Below are positions 1-10,113 of a stretch of 64,000 nt of DNA, piece after piece (within the stretch, counting starts at the first letter, position 1; every line of letters begins with the position of its first letter). Source of the DNA: a candidate division FCPU426 bacterium (lineage in GTDB: Bacteria; Oederibacteriota; Muellerivitia; Muellerivitales; Muellerivitaceae); assembly GCA_963719085.1 (NCBI GenBank), contig CAVRAL010000001.1:640001-704000 (forward strand), written 5' to 3'. The position numbers were made by a program, and so were the translations under genes. The notes under the pieces were generated by a model. It searched no databases. It was not told where the DNA came from and saw only the letters and a list, made by a program, of their open reading frames with translations.

Positions 1-1
1 A

Positions 2-97
2 TATTTTTTGATGAATCAATTGATTCCCAATATCGCGGTTCGGGTTCCCGGCGAGAATCAAGATCAAGAATTAGATGATTTTACGGCTTCCAAATAA
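2..97 (+). CDS. 3' end of an upstream gene (partial, unknown product)
   Basis: Open frame YFLMNQLIPNIAVRVPGENQDQELDDFTASK* ends at TAA 95-97, just before the RBS of the next gene. Confidence 0.45.
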   Translation, partial: YFLMNQLIPNIAVRVPGENQDQELDDFTASK

Positions 98-115
98 GGC
101 TTTTAAAGAGGGGTC

Positions 116-820
116 ATGCGGCCGAAAAAGAAATTAACGCTTTCGATTATCGTTCCGGTCTTTAACGAGGAAAAAACCGTGGCCTTGATTTTGAAGACCG
201 TCAACCGCCTGAAACTTCCGGGCGTCCAAAAAGATATTGTCGTGGTTAACGATGGTTCCACGGATGGAACGGCGATGGTTTTGAAAAAAATACGAATCCC
301 GGGTGTCCGGGTGTTTCATCACGATAAAAACAAAGGGAAAGGCGCGGCCATTCGAACCGCGATCCCCCATACCAAGGGCGACTTTGTCATTATTCAAGAC
401 GCCGATTTGGAATATGACCCTAACGATTATCAGAAACTCTTGGAGCCGCTCATCCATGGGCAGGCGGACGTGGTCTATGGGTCGCGGTTTTTAGGGGTTC
501 ACCGCGCCTTTATGTTTTGGCATTCTTTGGGAAACAAGTTTTTAACTTTTGTCACCAATCTCTTGTACGACACCATTTTAACGGACATGGAGACTTGCTA
601 TAAGGTTTTCCGCGGCGAGGTGATCCGCGGTTTGACTTTAAGGTCGAATCGGTTTGAAATTGAGCCGGAGATGACCGCTAAAATTTTGAAAAAGAAGTAC
701 AAGCTGTTTGAGGTGCCCATTTCCTATTCAGGACGCAGTTTTGAGGAAGGGAAAAAGATCACTTGGAAAGACGGGTTCGGAGCCCTGGTCGCGTTGGCCA
801 GGTACCGGTTTTTCAACTGA
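116..820 (+). CDS. Glycosyltransferase family 2, DPM1/polyprenol-phosphate sugar synthase-like
   Basis: SIIVPVFNE, VVVNDGSTDGT, NKGKGAA, IIQDADLEYDP, DVVYGSRF and TDMETCYK motifs; GAGGGG RBS. Confidence 0.92.
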   Translation: MRPKKKLTLSIIVPVFNEEKTVALILKTVNRLKLPGVQKDIVVVNDGSTDGTAMVLKKIRIPGVRVFHHDKNKGKGAAIRTAIPHTKGDFVIIQDADLEYDPNDYQKLLEPLIHGQADVVYGSRFLGVHRAFMFWHSLGNKFLTFVTNLLYDTILTDMETCYKVFRGEVIRGLTLRSNRFEIEPEMTAKILKKKYKLFEVPISYSGRSFEEGKKITWKDGFGALVALARYRFFN

Positions 821-840
821 TAACCGAAGAGGGCGTAAAT

Positions 841-880
841 AAAAAAAGGCCCGGCGACTTAAAGTCACCGGGCCTTTTTT
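841..880. terminator. Bidirectional intrinsic terminator
   Basis: AAAAAAAGGCCCGGCGACT-TAA-AGTCACCGGGCCTTTTTT, with A/T tracts on both sides, between convergent genes. Confidence 0.88.
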
Positions 881-890
881 GTTTATGGGG

Positions 891-3251
891 TTAATTGGCC
901 GCCGGCTGTAAATGATGATGCCGGGTGGGCGACGGGGTTGGCGCGGGTAAAGGATAGTCCGTGGGGATGTCCGCCCGGTCCGTTTGGGTAAACCCATATT
1001 TCTGGGCCAAGTCGGGTTGTACCCACATCCGCATGTTGTAACTTCCCATGTCCGACCAAACTTCCCGGTAAAGAATCCAGTTTTTCAAATCGTTCCAATC
1101 CACCATATCGGTTCGAGGCGAGTTGATCGGGATAAAGTTTCGGAACAACCAATCAAAAAAGAGGTCCGAATTCATGTCGCTGGACGGGAACCCCTTTTTA
1201 AACCACGAGGGAACCCACCAAACCCGAAGTTTGTATTTTCGGTTCACGTATCCGGCTTGGCTGAGGATGGGATAAACCTGGGCGTCGGATTCGGTCGCCG
1301 TCAAAATGATCGGATTGTCGGCCGCCGTGATCACCGGGGGATGTCCGCGCTTTTGATAATCCCTTAAAAACCAGGCGAAGGGCCAGGAGCATTTATCCTC
1401 AATGGTCAAACCAATGTCTGTTCCGCCGGTTTCTCCATAGGATATTTTATCGATCCAATCAACGACTTCCTTCGTGTCCGGGCCGGACTGAACATAGACC
1501 AGGGGTTCCACAGGATTGGATTCATGGTAAAAGCTCAAAAGAACGGCCGAATGGATCGAATAGGTTAATAAAAGCCCGAAGAGCATGAAGGCGGCGATGC
1601 GGGTCGCGCGCCAGATTTGAAGCGCCGGTTTGGAATCCCATAAGTCCCCGATGAGGTAGGCGGTCAATAGCAGGGAAGGGAGAAGCGGATGAACAATGAG
1701 CCAGGGCATTTTTTCCCCGGCCCAGGAAAAGAGTGCCAGAGATCCCACGTACCAATAGCCTAAAAATAAGGGGACGTTCTTCCGGTTAAAGAGACTGTAA
1801 TAAACGAGAGCCACGCCCGAGAAGAAGAAAGAAACCATCTCATTGGCCGGTAATTGAACGAGATAATAGTACCAAGGTTCGTCGCCGCGATGGACGTCAT
1901 GCTGTCCCCACCAATATTCCAAACCGCCGAAGGCGCCGTTGTAAATGTCATAGACCAGGGTGTGGATCCGGGAAGAGAAATCGGTTTGGTTCGCGCCGAC
2001 CGTGAAAAAAGTCGTGTAAAGCAGGGTGAAGAGACCCAGTGAAATCGTGAGGGCTCCGGTTAAGGTGGGGGAGACGTTTTTCACCCAAAGCCATCCAAAG
2101 CGGAAAAGCAGCCCGAGATAGGCGACGAATAAAAGCAGGGTGAAGGGCCAAAAGTTTGAGATGGATTGAAAAAAGGATATTTTCAATGTGAGGATGGCGA
2201 TGATCCACCAGGCGCCGAAACCCAAAAGCTCAAACTGAACGCTCTCAAATCCTAGTTCACTGATGGCGGTCCAAAGGCCGCTTCCGCCGCCCGCGGCGAA
2301 ATGATTTTTCCAACCGACGTAAAGCCGGTAAAGCGTGTAAAGGAAAGCGGAGCCCACCAAGGCCAAAAAGACAGGCAGGCGCGTGGGATCCCCTTTGGGA
2401 ATAATCAACTGGGTCAAGATTCCGATTGTGGTAAGTCCGCCCGCCACCAAAACATCAAACCAAGGCAGGAGCCTTATAAACAAGTAAGTTCCCACCACGG
2501 CCATGGTTAGAAAAATGGATTCTTTTGTGCAGAAGGCGATCGTGAAGCCGATGGACGCGATCCAGAAATCCACGGGCTGTCTCGATTTGAGGTATCGGAA
2601 AAGAAAGACGATCATGGTGAAGGTTGCCCCGGCCATATAGGCGTCTTCCCGGCAGAAACGATCGAAGTACATAAAGCTCGGAGAAGCCACGATCAAAAGG
2701 GTGGCTAGGAAAGCCCCGGTCCTTCCTATAAATGGCCCCATCAACATGGCTAAAATCACGGTGAGGACGCCAAAAGTCGCGGCCAAATACCGGGAAGTGG
2801 CGTCTGAAACCCCGAAGAAATAATACATGAGCGCGTTACCGTGAAATTGGAAAGGCCCGTGCATCATGGGGTTGTATTCGTAGTCGCCGTCCTTAAATAG
2901 TTGGAAAGAATAAAAAGCGTGCATGCTTTCGTCGTGATGATGGGGTTTGTTGCCCAAATGATCGAAACGTGTAAACAAGGTTAATAAAAGCAGGGCGATG
3001 TAACCGATTTGCAGTAAAGACAGTTTGGAGGGATTTAAGGGTGTCGCCGCGATTTCCGGGGCGGGGGACGGGACGCTCTTTTTTTCTTTTGGATCAATCA
3101 TGGCGGGTTTGGGTATTTTATTAACCGCGGTGTTTGGCTTGGGGTTCTTTTCCGCGGCCATTTCTTGGAGTTTGGCGCCGCATTGCTCGCAAAAACTATT
3201 GGAGGCCGGATTTTTAGCGTTGCACTTTTGGCATATTTTAATCTCGGACAT
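891..3251 (-). CDS. TIGR03663/Agl23-like GT-C membrane glycosyltransferase with N-terminal zinc ribbon
   Basis: RFDHLG..HHDESMHA..YEYNPMMHGP, PLVYVQS and WPFAWFLRDY motifs; many TM segments; N-terminal CQKC...CEQCG. Start moved to ATG 3251 because of an AGGAG RBS and a promoter overlapping the longer ORF start. Confidence 0.8.
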   Translation of the reverse strand: MSEIKICQKCNAKNPASNSFCEQCGAKLQEMAAEKNPKPNTAVNKIPKPAMIDPKEKKSVPSPAPEIAATPLNPSKLSLLQIGYIALLLLTLFTRFDHLGNKPHHHDESMHAFYSFQLFKDGDYEYNPMMHGPFQFHGNALMYYFFGVSDATSRYLAATFGVLTVILAMLMGPFIGRTGAFLATLLIVASPSFMYFDRFCREDAYMAGATFTMIVFLFRYLKSRQPVDFWIASIGFTIAFCTKESIFLTMAVVGTYLFIRLLPWFDVLVAGGLTTIGILTQLIIPKGDPTRLPVFLALVGSAFLYTLYRLYVGWKNHFAAGGGSGLWTAISELGFESVQFELLGFGAWWIIAILTLKISFFQSISNFWPFTLLLFVAYLGLLFRFGWLWVKNVSPTLTGALTISLGLFTLLYTTFFTVGANQTDFSSRIHTLVYDIYNGAFGGLEYWWGQHDVHRGDEPWYYYLVQLPANEMVSFFFSGVALVYYSLFNRKNVPLFLGYWYVGSLALFSWAGEKMPWLIVHPLLPSLLLTAYLIGDLWDSKPALQIWRATRIAAFMLFGLLLTYSIHSAVLLSFYHESNPVEPLVYVQSGPDTKEVVDWIDKISYGETGGTDIGLTIEDKCSWPFAWFLRDYQKRGHPPVITAADNPIILTATESDAQVYPILSQAGYVNRKYKLRVWWVPSWFKKGFPSSDMNSDLFFDWLFRNFIPINSPRTDMVDWNDLKNWILYREVWSDMGSYNMRMWVQPDLAQKYGFTQTDRADIPTDYPLPAPTPSPTRHHHLQPAAN

Positions 3252-3309
3252 AAATCTCCTTGAAAAAACGATTTCGGATGGGAACAAATGACTGGAAAAT
3301 GAAGGGCTA

Positions 3310-3339
3310 AATATACTAGGCATTTCCAGTTCTTGTCAA
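3310..3339 (-). promoter_or_regulatory. Sigma70-type promoter for the GT-C gene
   Basis: Minus strand TTGACA (3339-3334), 18-nt spacer, TATATT (3315-3310). Confidence 0.55.
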
Positions 3340-3610
3340 TCAAGCCACTTTCGCGGTTGGGTTTAGTCTTTCACCTTTTTTTCCGTCTTTTAGATTACGG
3401 AGAAGGGTTTGCTTTGAGTTACCGGACGGGGAAAATAAAGCGTTTCAAACGGTGACAGGTTTATCGTAAAAAGCGTAAAAAAGATCGTTGTTGAACCCGG
3501 GGCGGACACTTCGGTTTTAAATCAAATTGCAATTTCAGCTAAGTTTGATAGACTCAAAATGTCCGTCATTCTTCGATACTTATTCCGACATCAAGACTTA
3601 AAATTCTTTT

Positions 3611-4603
3611 TTGAGGTGGCCAGTTTTGCATTCAAAACGATTTCATGTTTTGCTTTTCGCGGCTGTTTTTGGTTTTTTATGCGTGCCGGCTCTTTCTCGT
3701 GCCGATCAACCAGATTATTCCTCGGAATTATTATCCATTGGGGTTGGGGCCAGACCTTTGGCCATGGGCGGGGCCTTTGTGGCGGCGGCGTCGGACGCGA
3801 CCGCGGCTTATTGGAATCCGGCCGGACTGGCTTTGATTGATGATACTGAAATCACCACAATCCACGCGACCCAATCGTCTATTCAAGATTATGACTTTTT
3901 AAATATCGCTTTCCCCACCCAAGGGGCAGGCACTTACGCTTTGAGTTATATCCGCTTAAATGTCGGCGGGATTGATATTACGGGGAGCAATCCGACGGTT
4001 TTGGGGACGACCCAAGCCACCGAGCAAGCGGCCCTCATTTCAGGCGGCTGGATGCTGGGACGTGATCTGGCAGTCGGCGGAACGATTAAGTTATTAAAAG
4101 ATGATGAATACACGGCGTCGGCTTTTGGCTTTGGCTCCGACCTGGGCTTGCTTTATAAGCCCTTTAAAGAATTGGCTTTTGGAATCACGGCGAGGGATTA
4201 CACGGGCGGCTCAAGAATTTATTGGCAAAATACTCCGACGAATCCGGAGCAAGTCTTATCCCCCAGCTTGAAAATCGGGGTTTCCTTCACCAAAGAATTA
4301 GGGAAGCGCGTGAATGAAAACGGAGTCATGATTCCCGATAGCACCATTATGGCGAACTTTGACATGGACACGCTTTATATCGACAAGGGATTAAACACTT
4401 ATCATTTCGGATTGGAGTATTGGTACCGTCAATTCGTGGCGATCCGGGCTGGGTTTCAATCCAACGGATTCCAGTTTGACAGCGATAACTTGACCTTGTC
4501 GGCGGGCGTGGGCGTCTGGGTCTATTTGTTCGAGTTCGATTACGCCTTCGTCAATTATCAAATTTCACCTACCCAATACCTGTCCTTGATCACCCGCCTC
4601 TAA
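3611..4603 (+). CDS. PorV/PorQ (UPF0164)-family outer-membrane beta-barrel
   Basis: Signal peptide; LSIGVGARPLAMGGAFVAAASDATAAYWNPAGLA family motif; amphipathic strands. Confidence 0.82.
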   Translation: MRWPVLHSKRFHVLLFAAVFGFLCVPALSRADQPDYSSELLSIGVGARPLAMGGAFVAAASDATAAYWNPAGLALIDDTEITTIHATQSSIQDYDFLNIAFPTQGAGTYALSYIRLNVGGIDITGSNPTVLGTTQATEQAALISGGWMLGRDLAVGGTIKLLKDDEYTASAFGFGSDLGLLYKPFKELAFGITARDYTGGSRIYWQNTPTNPEQVLSPSLKIGVSFTKELGKRVNENGVMIPDSTIMANFDMDTLYIDKGLNTYHFGLEYWYRQFVAIRAGFQSNGFQFDSDNLTLSAGVGVWVYLFEFDYAFVNYQISPTQYLSLITRL

Positions 4604-4720
4604 ATTTGGCGGGTGAGGCTTGTTTTTTACCCCGGTGGTTTTAAAAAAGCTCCACATTCCGTTTGTTTTGTTTTATGATGCGGTTGACTTAAGCTATTAA
4701 TCATCCCCACCGAGGCATTC

Positions 4721-6769
4721 ATGCGATTTTTACCTTTGGCGGCCGTTTTTATATTCCTTCTCAACGCTTCCGTTTCTTTCGCTTTTTATGACGAATCTCC
4801 CGCTGTTCCGTCTTCCTTGCCCTTCTCGGTCCAAACTAAAAATGTCTTAAAACCGCTTTTCAACAATCGAACCATCGTGGGCGGTCAAATTATCGCGCTT
4901 AAAAATGATCCGCATAAAAAATTCGCCGGGAATTATTTGGATATCGGGGCCGATGGGGGAATCCATAAAGCGGATGTTTTCGCCGTTTTTACCCCGGATG
5001 GAGTGCCGGTAGGATTTTTGAGGATCACGGAAGTTCAAAACTATACCTCCGCGTTTGATTTTGTTGAGTTGACCGTGGACCCTTCGGAAAATTTGGTGGT
5101 CAAAAAAGTTCCGGATGAAGTTCGCCGCCGGTTGCCGGAAAATCAATGGATATTCCCGGCCGGATATCATTCGATTCGCGTGGCGGGTAAGAAAAAACTG
5201 CCGATGACGCCCCTGTTGCCGACTCAAACTTCATCCACTGTCGCGCCTCCTCCTTTGACGGTCGCGAATGGAAACGCAACGGCTCTGCCTCCTTTGCCGG
5301 GTCAAGGACCTTCGGCTTCCACGCTGCCGCCCTTGCCGTCTTCGACGACTATGCCGTCTTCGACGACACCGGGTGTTTCCGGCGATAACAGCGGTTTACC
5401 CCCGTTACCCAATCAAGGGACTGGAGCGATGACGGACAATTCGGGATTACCCCCTTTGCCCTCGGACGCGGCCATGTCTCCCGCCAGTCCTGACATGAGT
5501 GGATCGGGCGGTCTTCCGCCTTTGCCGGCGGATAACACCAGCCCGAACGCGGGTTTGCCGCCGGTGGGCAATGGCAGTGATGGTCTGCCGCCTTTGCCGG
5601 GAGATAATGGTGCGTCAGCGCCCGCGCTTCCACCCACTACGTCATCGGACGCGGGTGGTTTGCCGCCTCTGCCGGGTGATTCTTCGTCTCCGACCGGTGG
5701 ATCGACGTCACTCCCGCCTTCTTTGCCGGCGGCTGGGGATTCTTCGATGCCGGCCTTACCGACGGATAATTCCAGTTTGCCCGCGCTGCCCCCCTCGGCC
5801 AATCCGAATGATTCTTCTTTACCTCCGTTGCCCAGCTCAGAGCTTCCGGGCGTCAATCCATCCGCCGATATGGCGGCTCTTCCGCCGGATGTCTCGAATA
5901 ACTCATCCACACTTCCCGGAATGGATAACAGCCTTCCGGCCTTGCCGTCTTCGGGCGCTGACGCGATGACGCCGCCGGGACAAATGGCGGCCTTGCCGCC
6001 TTCGACGACGATGCCTCCGGATATTTCGAACGACTCGTCGACGCTCCCGGGAATGGATAATAGCCTTCCAGCCTTGCCGTCTTCGGGCGCTGACGCGACG
6101 ATGCCGCCGGGACAAATGGCGGCCCTGCCGCCTTCGACGACGATGCCTCCGGATATTTCGAACGACTCGTCGACGCTCCCGGGAATGGATAATAGCCTTC
6201 CGGCCCTGCCTTCCTCGGGCACCGACGCGACGATACCGCCGGGACAAGTAGCGGCCCTGCCGTCTTCGACGACAATGCCGCCCGATATTTCAAATGACGC
6301 GTCTCTGCCCGGGATGAATTCGAGCGATTCCTCGGTCGCCTTGCCGTCTTCGACGACCTTGCCCCCAAATCCTGACGTGGCCTCCTTGCCGGCTGTTCCT
6401 TCGACTGATAATTCGCTTCCGGCGGTTTTGCCCTCGACTTCGGTCGCCGAGCTTCCGCCCCCCGCGGCGGATAGCGTTTTGCCCCCGGGCATGGATAATT
6501 CCAATGCGCCGCCCGTCTTGTCGACGGATGTCGCCCAACTGCCGGCGGTTCCAGCAACTGGCGCCGTGGATCAAACCACCGCTTCCTTGCCGGGAAGCCC
6601 CGATTTAAACGGCGTGGGCGCGTTGCCGGTGGTCGCCAATTCAACGCCCGCTGGGAAACCAGTGGATCAGCTTCAATTAAACATCCCGTCGGTTCCTTCC
6701 AGTTCCTCAACCGGTTTTGTGCAGGATATCCCCACTTTTTCGTCGGATGAAAAAAAGCCGGCGGCTTAG
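4721..6769 (+). CDS. Secreted protein with a small FlgT-C-like domain and a very long Pro/Ser/Asp low-complexity repeat region
   Basis: Signal peptide; YLDIGADGGIHKADVFAV...VGFLRITEV resembles FlgT_C; about 500 aa of LPPLP/LPALP repeats. Confidence 0.65.
   Translation: MRFLPLAAVFIFLLNASVSFAFYDESPAVPSSLPFSVQTKNVLKPLFNNRTIVGGQIIALKNDPHKKFAGNYLDIGADGGIHKADVFAVFTPDGVPVGFLRITEVQNYTSAFDFVELTVDPSENLVVKKVPDEVRRRLPENQWIFPAGYHSIRVAGKKKLPMTPLLPTQTSSTVAPPPLTVANGNATALPPLPGQGPSASTLPPLPSSTTMPSSTTPGVSGDNSGLPPLPNQGTGAMTDNSGLPPLPSDAAMSPASPDMSGSGGLPPLPADNTSPNAGLPPVGNGSDGLPPLPGDNGASAPALPPTTSSDAGGLPPLPGDSSSPTGGSTSLPPSLPAAGDSSMPALPTDNSSLPALPPSANPNDSSLPPLPSSELPGVNPSADMAALPPDVSNNSSTLPGMDNSLPALPSSGADAMTPPGQMAALPPSTTMPPDISNDSSTLPGMDNSLPALPSSGADATMPPGQMAALPPSTTMPPDISNDSSTLPGMDNSLPALPSSGTDATIPPGQVAALPSSTTMPPDISNDASLPGMNSSDSSVALPSSTTLPPNPDVASLPAVPSTDNSLPAVLPSTSVAELPPPAADSVLPPGMDNSNAPPVLSTDVAQLPAVPATGAVDQTTASLPGSPDLNGVGALPVVANSTPAGKPVDQLQLNIPSVPSSSSTGFVQDIPTFSSDEKKPAA
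5882..6317 (+). repeat. 132-bp (44-aa) coding tandem repeat, about 3.3 copies
   Basis: Units start at 5882, 6014, 6146 and 6278 (PPDISNDSSTLPGMDNSLPALPSSGADATMPPGQMAALPPSTTM); DNA is near-identical. Confidence 0.92.
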
Positions 6770-6856
6770 TCCGGGCCTTTTCCCATAAAATTTCAGCAGA
6801 ACCCGGCCTATAATGTTTCCCCTATGGAGTTCCCGGAAAAAGTCGAGAAACGGTTC

Positions 6857-8023
6857 ATGCCTGTTTTAATCCGCTATTGTCTTTTATCCCTCGGACCCCC
6901 TTTTATTGTCGCCACCGTGATTACGCTGGGCGTTTTGGACCTGCTTTTTTATACCCGGGATTTCATCGATTATTTATTCGTGAAGCACGCGGGTGTCCTA
7001 AATTCTTTTCGGCTGCTTCTTTATATCCAGCCCAGCTTTTTGGTCCTCGCGCTCCCGATCGGCTTTTTGGCCTCGATTTTGGTTGTCTACGGGCGGTTGA
7101 GCGCGGATCGGGAATTGATCGCCGTGGAATCCTGCGGAATATCCCCTTATTTTCTTTTTTGGCCCGTGATTGGGTTTTCCCTATTGGTGAGCGTTTTTTT
7201 AGTCTTTTTTATGGATACCACCTTGCCCTGGGGAAATATCTCGTTCCTGAAATTGCAATATAAGATTCTTTCCGAAAGAACCTCGGTCGCGATCCATGGC
7301 GGGACTTTTATCAACGATTTTAACGGCTATGTCCTGTATGTGGGCGAGAAGGATGACAAGACCGACGTTTTAAAACGAGTGGTGGTACAGCTGGTGAACG
7401 AAGTGGGTTATCCTTACCGGGTGATTATTTCGCAGCGGGGAACGCTGGCCCAGGATCCGTCCACGGCGCATTTTTTGCTTCGGCTGGAAGACGGGACGCT
7501 TCAACAATTGGGGGAACACGCGAATCCCGATCCCCGGTCTCTGGTTCAAATCAAGTTCAAGGATTGCGTCCTGGATTTGGACACCAAGCAAATTCAAAAC
7601 GCTTCCGGGAATTTTGATGATCCGCGGAGCATGCACATTCAAGCCTTGGCGGCGCGGATTCGGGATGAGAAAGCGAAAAAGATGGACGCCCGTTTTGACG
7701 AGGTGGAATTCCACAAAAAATTCTCGATTCCTTTTTCCGCGCTGGCCTTCGCTTTTATTGGGATTCCCTTGGGGATGCGGACCCGATCGGGATCTTTTTT
7801 AAGCCCCGTCTTAGTGGTGATTTTGGTGGTGATTTATGAGCTTTTTATCATGTATGGCCAGGTGGGCGGACCCATGGGCACGATTTCGCCCTTTTGGGCC
7901 ATGTGGCTGCCCAACTTGTTTTTGGCGATCGTCGGAATAATGCTTTTGCCTTACTTTTTATCTTGGTTTCGTTTCCGCGGACGGGGCGGTGCTCCATTTA
8001 AAGATCGGTTCATTTCGAAATGA
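6857..8023 (+). CDS. LptF/LptG family LPS export permease
   Basis: 3 TM, periplasmic domain, 3 TM; YGRLSADRELIAVESCGIS, EFHKKFSIPFS, AMWLPN. Start is 6857 or 6824; TATAAT at 6809. Confidence 0.88.
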   Translation: MPVLIRYCLLSLGPPFIVATVITLGVLDLLFYTRDFIDYLFVKHAGVLNSFRLLLYIQPSFLVLALPIGFLASILVVYGRLSADRELIAVESCGISPYFLFWPVIGFSLLVSVFLVFFMDTTLPWGNISFLKLQYKILSERTSVAIHGGTFINDFNGYVLYVGEKDDKTDVLKRVVVQLVNEVGYPYRVIISQRGTLAQDPSTAHFLLRLEDGTLQQLGEHANPDPRSLVQIKFKDCVLDLDTKQIQNASGNFDDPRSMHIQALAARIRDEKAKKMDARFDEVEFHKKFSIPFSALAFAFIGIPLGMRTRSGSFLSPVLVVILVVIYELFIMYGQVGGPMGTISPFWAMWLPNLFLAIVGIMLLPYFLSWFRFRGRGGAPFKDRFISK

Positions 8024-10113
8024 AATTTCGCAAAGAAAACATACTTTTTGTTTTTTTCCTCATGGCGGGGTTGACCCCCGGCGCGCGGGCGGCAACTTCT
8101 TCGGTGGGTTCGGTTCATTTGCAGGCGGATCGGATCGAGTATCTGAGGGATCAGGGATTGGTGGTGGCCAAGGGCCGCGTTCATATCACGCAGGACCAAA
8201 CCACGCTCTTCGCGGACAGTATCCGCTATGACATTACGGCGCAGGAAATTGAGGCGACCGGCAACGTCATTTTTCAACAAGGCCCCCAAGAGATCGACGC
8301 CCAGGAAATGACCTTTAATACCGGGACCCAAGAGGGGCGCGCGACCAACGCGAAGACATTGGTGCCGCCTTGGATTTGCACGGGGGCCGTCATCGAAATC
8401 AAGGATAAGAAAATCGTCGTCAAGGACGCCCGGGCCACGACTTGCGATTACGCGCTCGACTACACGCATTATCACCTTCAGGCGGGAACCCTGACCTTTT
8501 ATCAAGATAACTATATGACGGCGGAAAACCTGGTTTTGTATATCGGCAAAGTTCCCGTCTTTTATTTTCCGTTTTTCGCCATCAGCACCAAACAAACCCA
8601 ATTGCCTTTTTCCATTTCGGTGGGGAGCACGGACTATTTGGGGAATTACGCATTAGTGTCGACCAGTTATCTTTTCAGCCCGGTGAATTACGGCGCGCTT
8701 TACGCCGATTATTTTTCGAACCGGGGAGTCGGATTGGGCGTTCGGCACGAAATCGCCTTGAATGATTTTTCGACCCTGTCCCTTTATGGATACCGGATTC
8801 AGGAAAAGGACACGGGGAATGTCCGGTGGGAATCCCGGATCCGGGGACTGTGGGCTTTTTCCTCTTCTTTTCAGGGACGGATCGAGGCGGACCTGCCGGG
8901 CGATGGTCTTTTCAGCCAGGATTACGCTGCGGCCCGCCGGGATCCTTCCCTTGTCTCCACCCAAAGGGAATATGATATTTCAGGGACCTACACCCAAGAC
9001 CCCTTCACCTTGGGGCTGTTGATCCGGCACCAGGAATTGGCGGTCCCCGTCACGGTGGGTTTGGAGGATCATTTCGTTGAAAGTCTGGACACCCTTCCCC
9101 AATTGAACTTCAGCGTGTTTCCGCAGCCCTTGATCGGAAGAAATTGGCTTAAATATGACCTGACTTTAAACGCGGACCGGACCTGGACCCAGGCGAACAA
9201 TTATTACGTGACGCACGCCAGCGGTGAATTGGGAATCAGCCAAACCATTCCCTTTTTTCAAACCCAAAGCCTTTATTCCCGGATCGCTTTCGATGACGCG
9301 TATCAAAACCTCTCGGATGTGGGGACGTTGGACGCGGGGGAAACCCGGTCTTACAGCGTGAACAATATTTATACTTCCCGCTGGTCCGATTTTTTCGACA
9401 CGTCTTTTAACCACACCTTCTCGCAAAAATTGACGAACCTTCAACCGACGGATCCGCCAGCCGGGGTGACCTCCAATTTATTGACCGGAATGGCGGAATT
9501 TACCGGAGGATCTTTTTTTAGGGCCGATACCACGACTTCATTGGATTTCGCGGCTGAGGTTCCGGACTTGGCCTCGCGTTTCAGCTATTGGCGCCAGGAA
9601 ATTTACCTCACGCCGTCCAATACGCTGGATTTTTACACGATCGCGGACTATTCCATTAAGGCGGACGCCTTGAAAGACTTAAGCACGCATCTTAGTGTGA
9701 CCAGTCCCCGGAATTTTTGGGAGTTCGTCATCGGCGCCAGCGTGGTGGATCCAAACGTGAGCAACGCCGGGTACACCATCACGGGAGAGCCCAAAAGCTT
9801 CAGCATGAGCGGGGAAGTGGACATCGCCCTTTTTACTAACTACCGGATGTCCATATTAGAGACCTACGATATGACGAATGCCCGGATGCAAACGCGCAAT
9901 ATCAGTATTTACCGGGATTTGCATGACTGGGAAGCGCAATTGAGTTATTCCCAAAATGAGGGCCAACCTGATACGGTGTTTTTCACCCTGAATTTGAAGG
10001 CCTTCCCGGGACGGCCATTGACCGTTTCGCAGTCAGAGCTGCAACAACTCAACAGCTTGCAAAGCCAGACGGCCGTTCAATTGTTGGAGACGACCAGCGG
10101 CCAATTGCAATAA
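8020..10113 (+). CDS. lptD: LptD/OstA-like LPS assembly outer-membrane protein
   Basis: N-terminal jellyroll (LQADRIEY, ATGNV, ATTCD, VPVFYFPF) plus barrel with RDLHDWE; overlaps the lptF/G stop. Confidence 0.78.
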   Translation: MKFRKENILFVFFLMAGLTPGARAATSSVGSVHLQADRIEYLRDQGLVVAKGRVHITQDQTTLFADSIRYDITAQEIEATGNVIFQQGPQEIDAQEMTFNTGTQEGRATNAKTLVPPWICTGAVIEIKDKKIVVKDARATTCDYALDYTHYHLQAGTLTFYQDNYMTAENLVLYIGKVPVFYFPFFAISTKQTQLPFSISVGSTDYLGNYALVSTSYLFSPVNYGALYADYFSNRGVGLGVRHEIALNDFSTLSLYGYRIQEKDTGNVRWESRIRGLWAFSSSFQGRIEADLPGDGLFSQDYAAARRDPSLVSTQREYDISGTYTQDPFTLGLLIRHQELAVPVTVGLEDHFVESLDTLPQLNFSVFPQPLIGRNWLKYDLTLNADRTWTQANNYYVTHASGELGISQTIPFFQTQSLYSRIAFDDAYQNLSDVGTLDAGETRSYSVNNIYTSRWSDFFDTSFNHTFSQKLTNLQPTDPPAGVTSNLLTGMAEFTGGSFFRADTTTSLDFAAEVPDLASRFSYWRQEIYLTPSNTLDFYTIADYSIKADALKDLSTHLSVTSPRNFWEFVIGASVVDPNVSNAGYTITGEPKSFSMSGEVDIALFTNYRMSILETYDMTNARMQTRNISIYRDLHDWEAQLSYSQNEGQPDTVFFTLNLKAFPGRPLTVSQSELQQLNSLQSQTAVQLLETTSGQLQ

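Noticed and set aside
5882..6317. Tandem repeat as a possible CRISPR array
   Set aside because: In-frame coding repeat with no unique spacers and no cas genes.
5413..6710. Long minus-strand ORFs of 363 and 285 aa
   Set aside because: Produced by the stop-poor repeat region of the plus-strand gene, which has the signal peptide.
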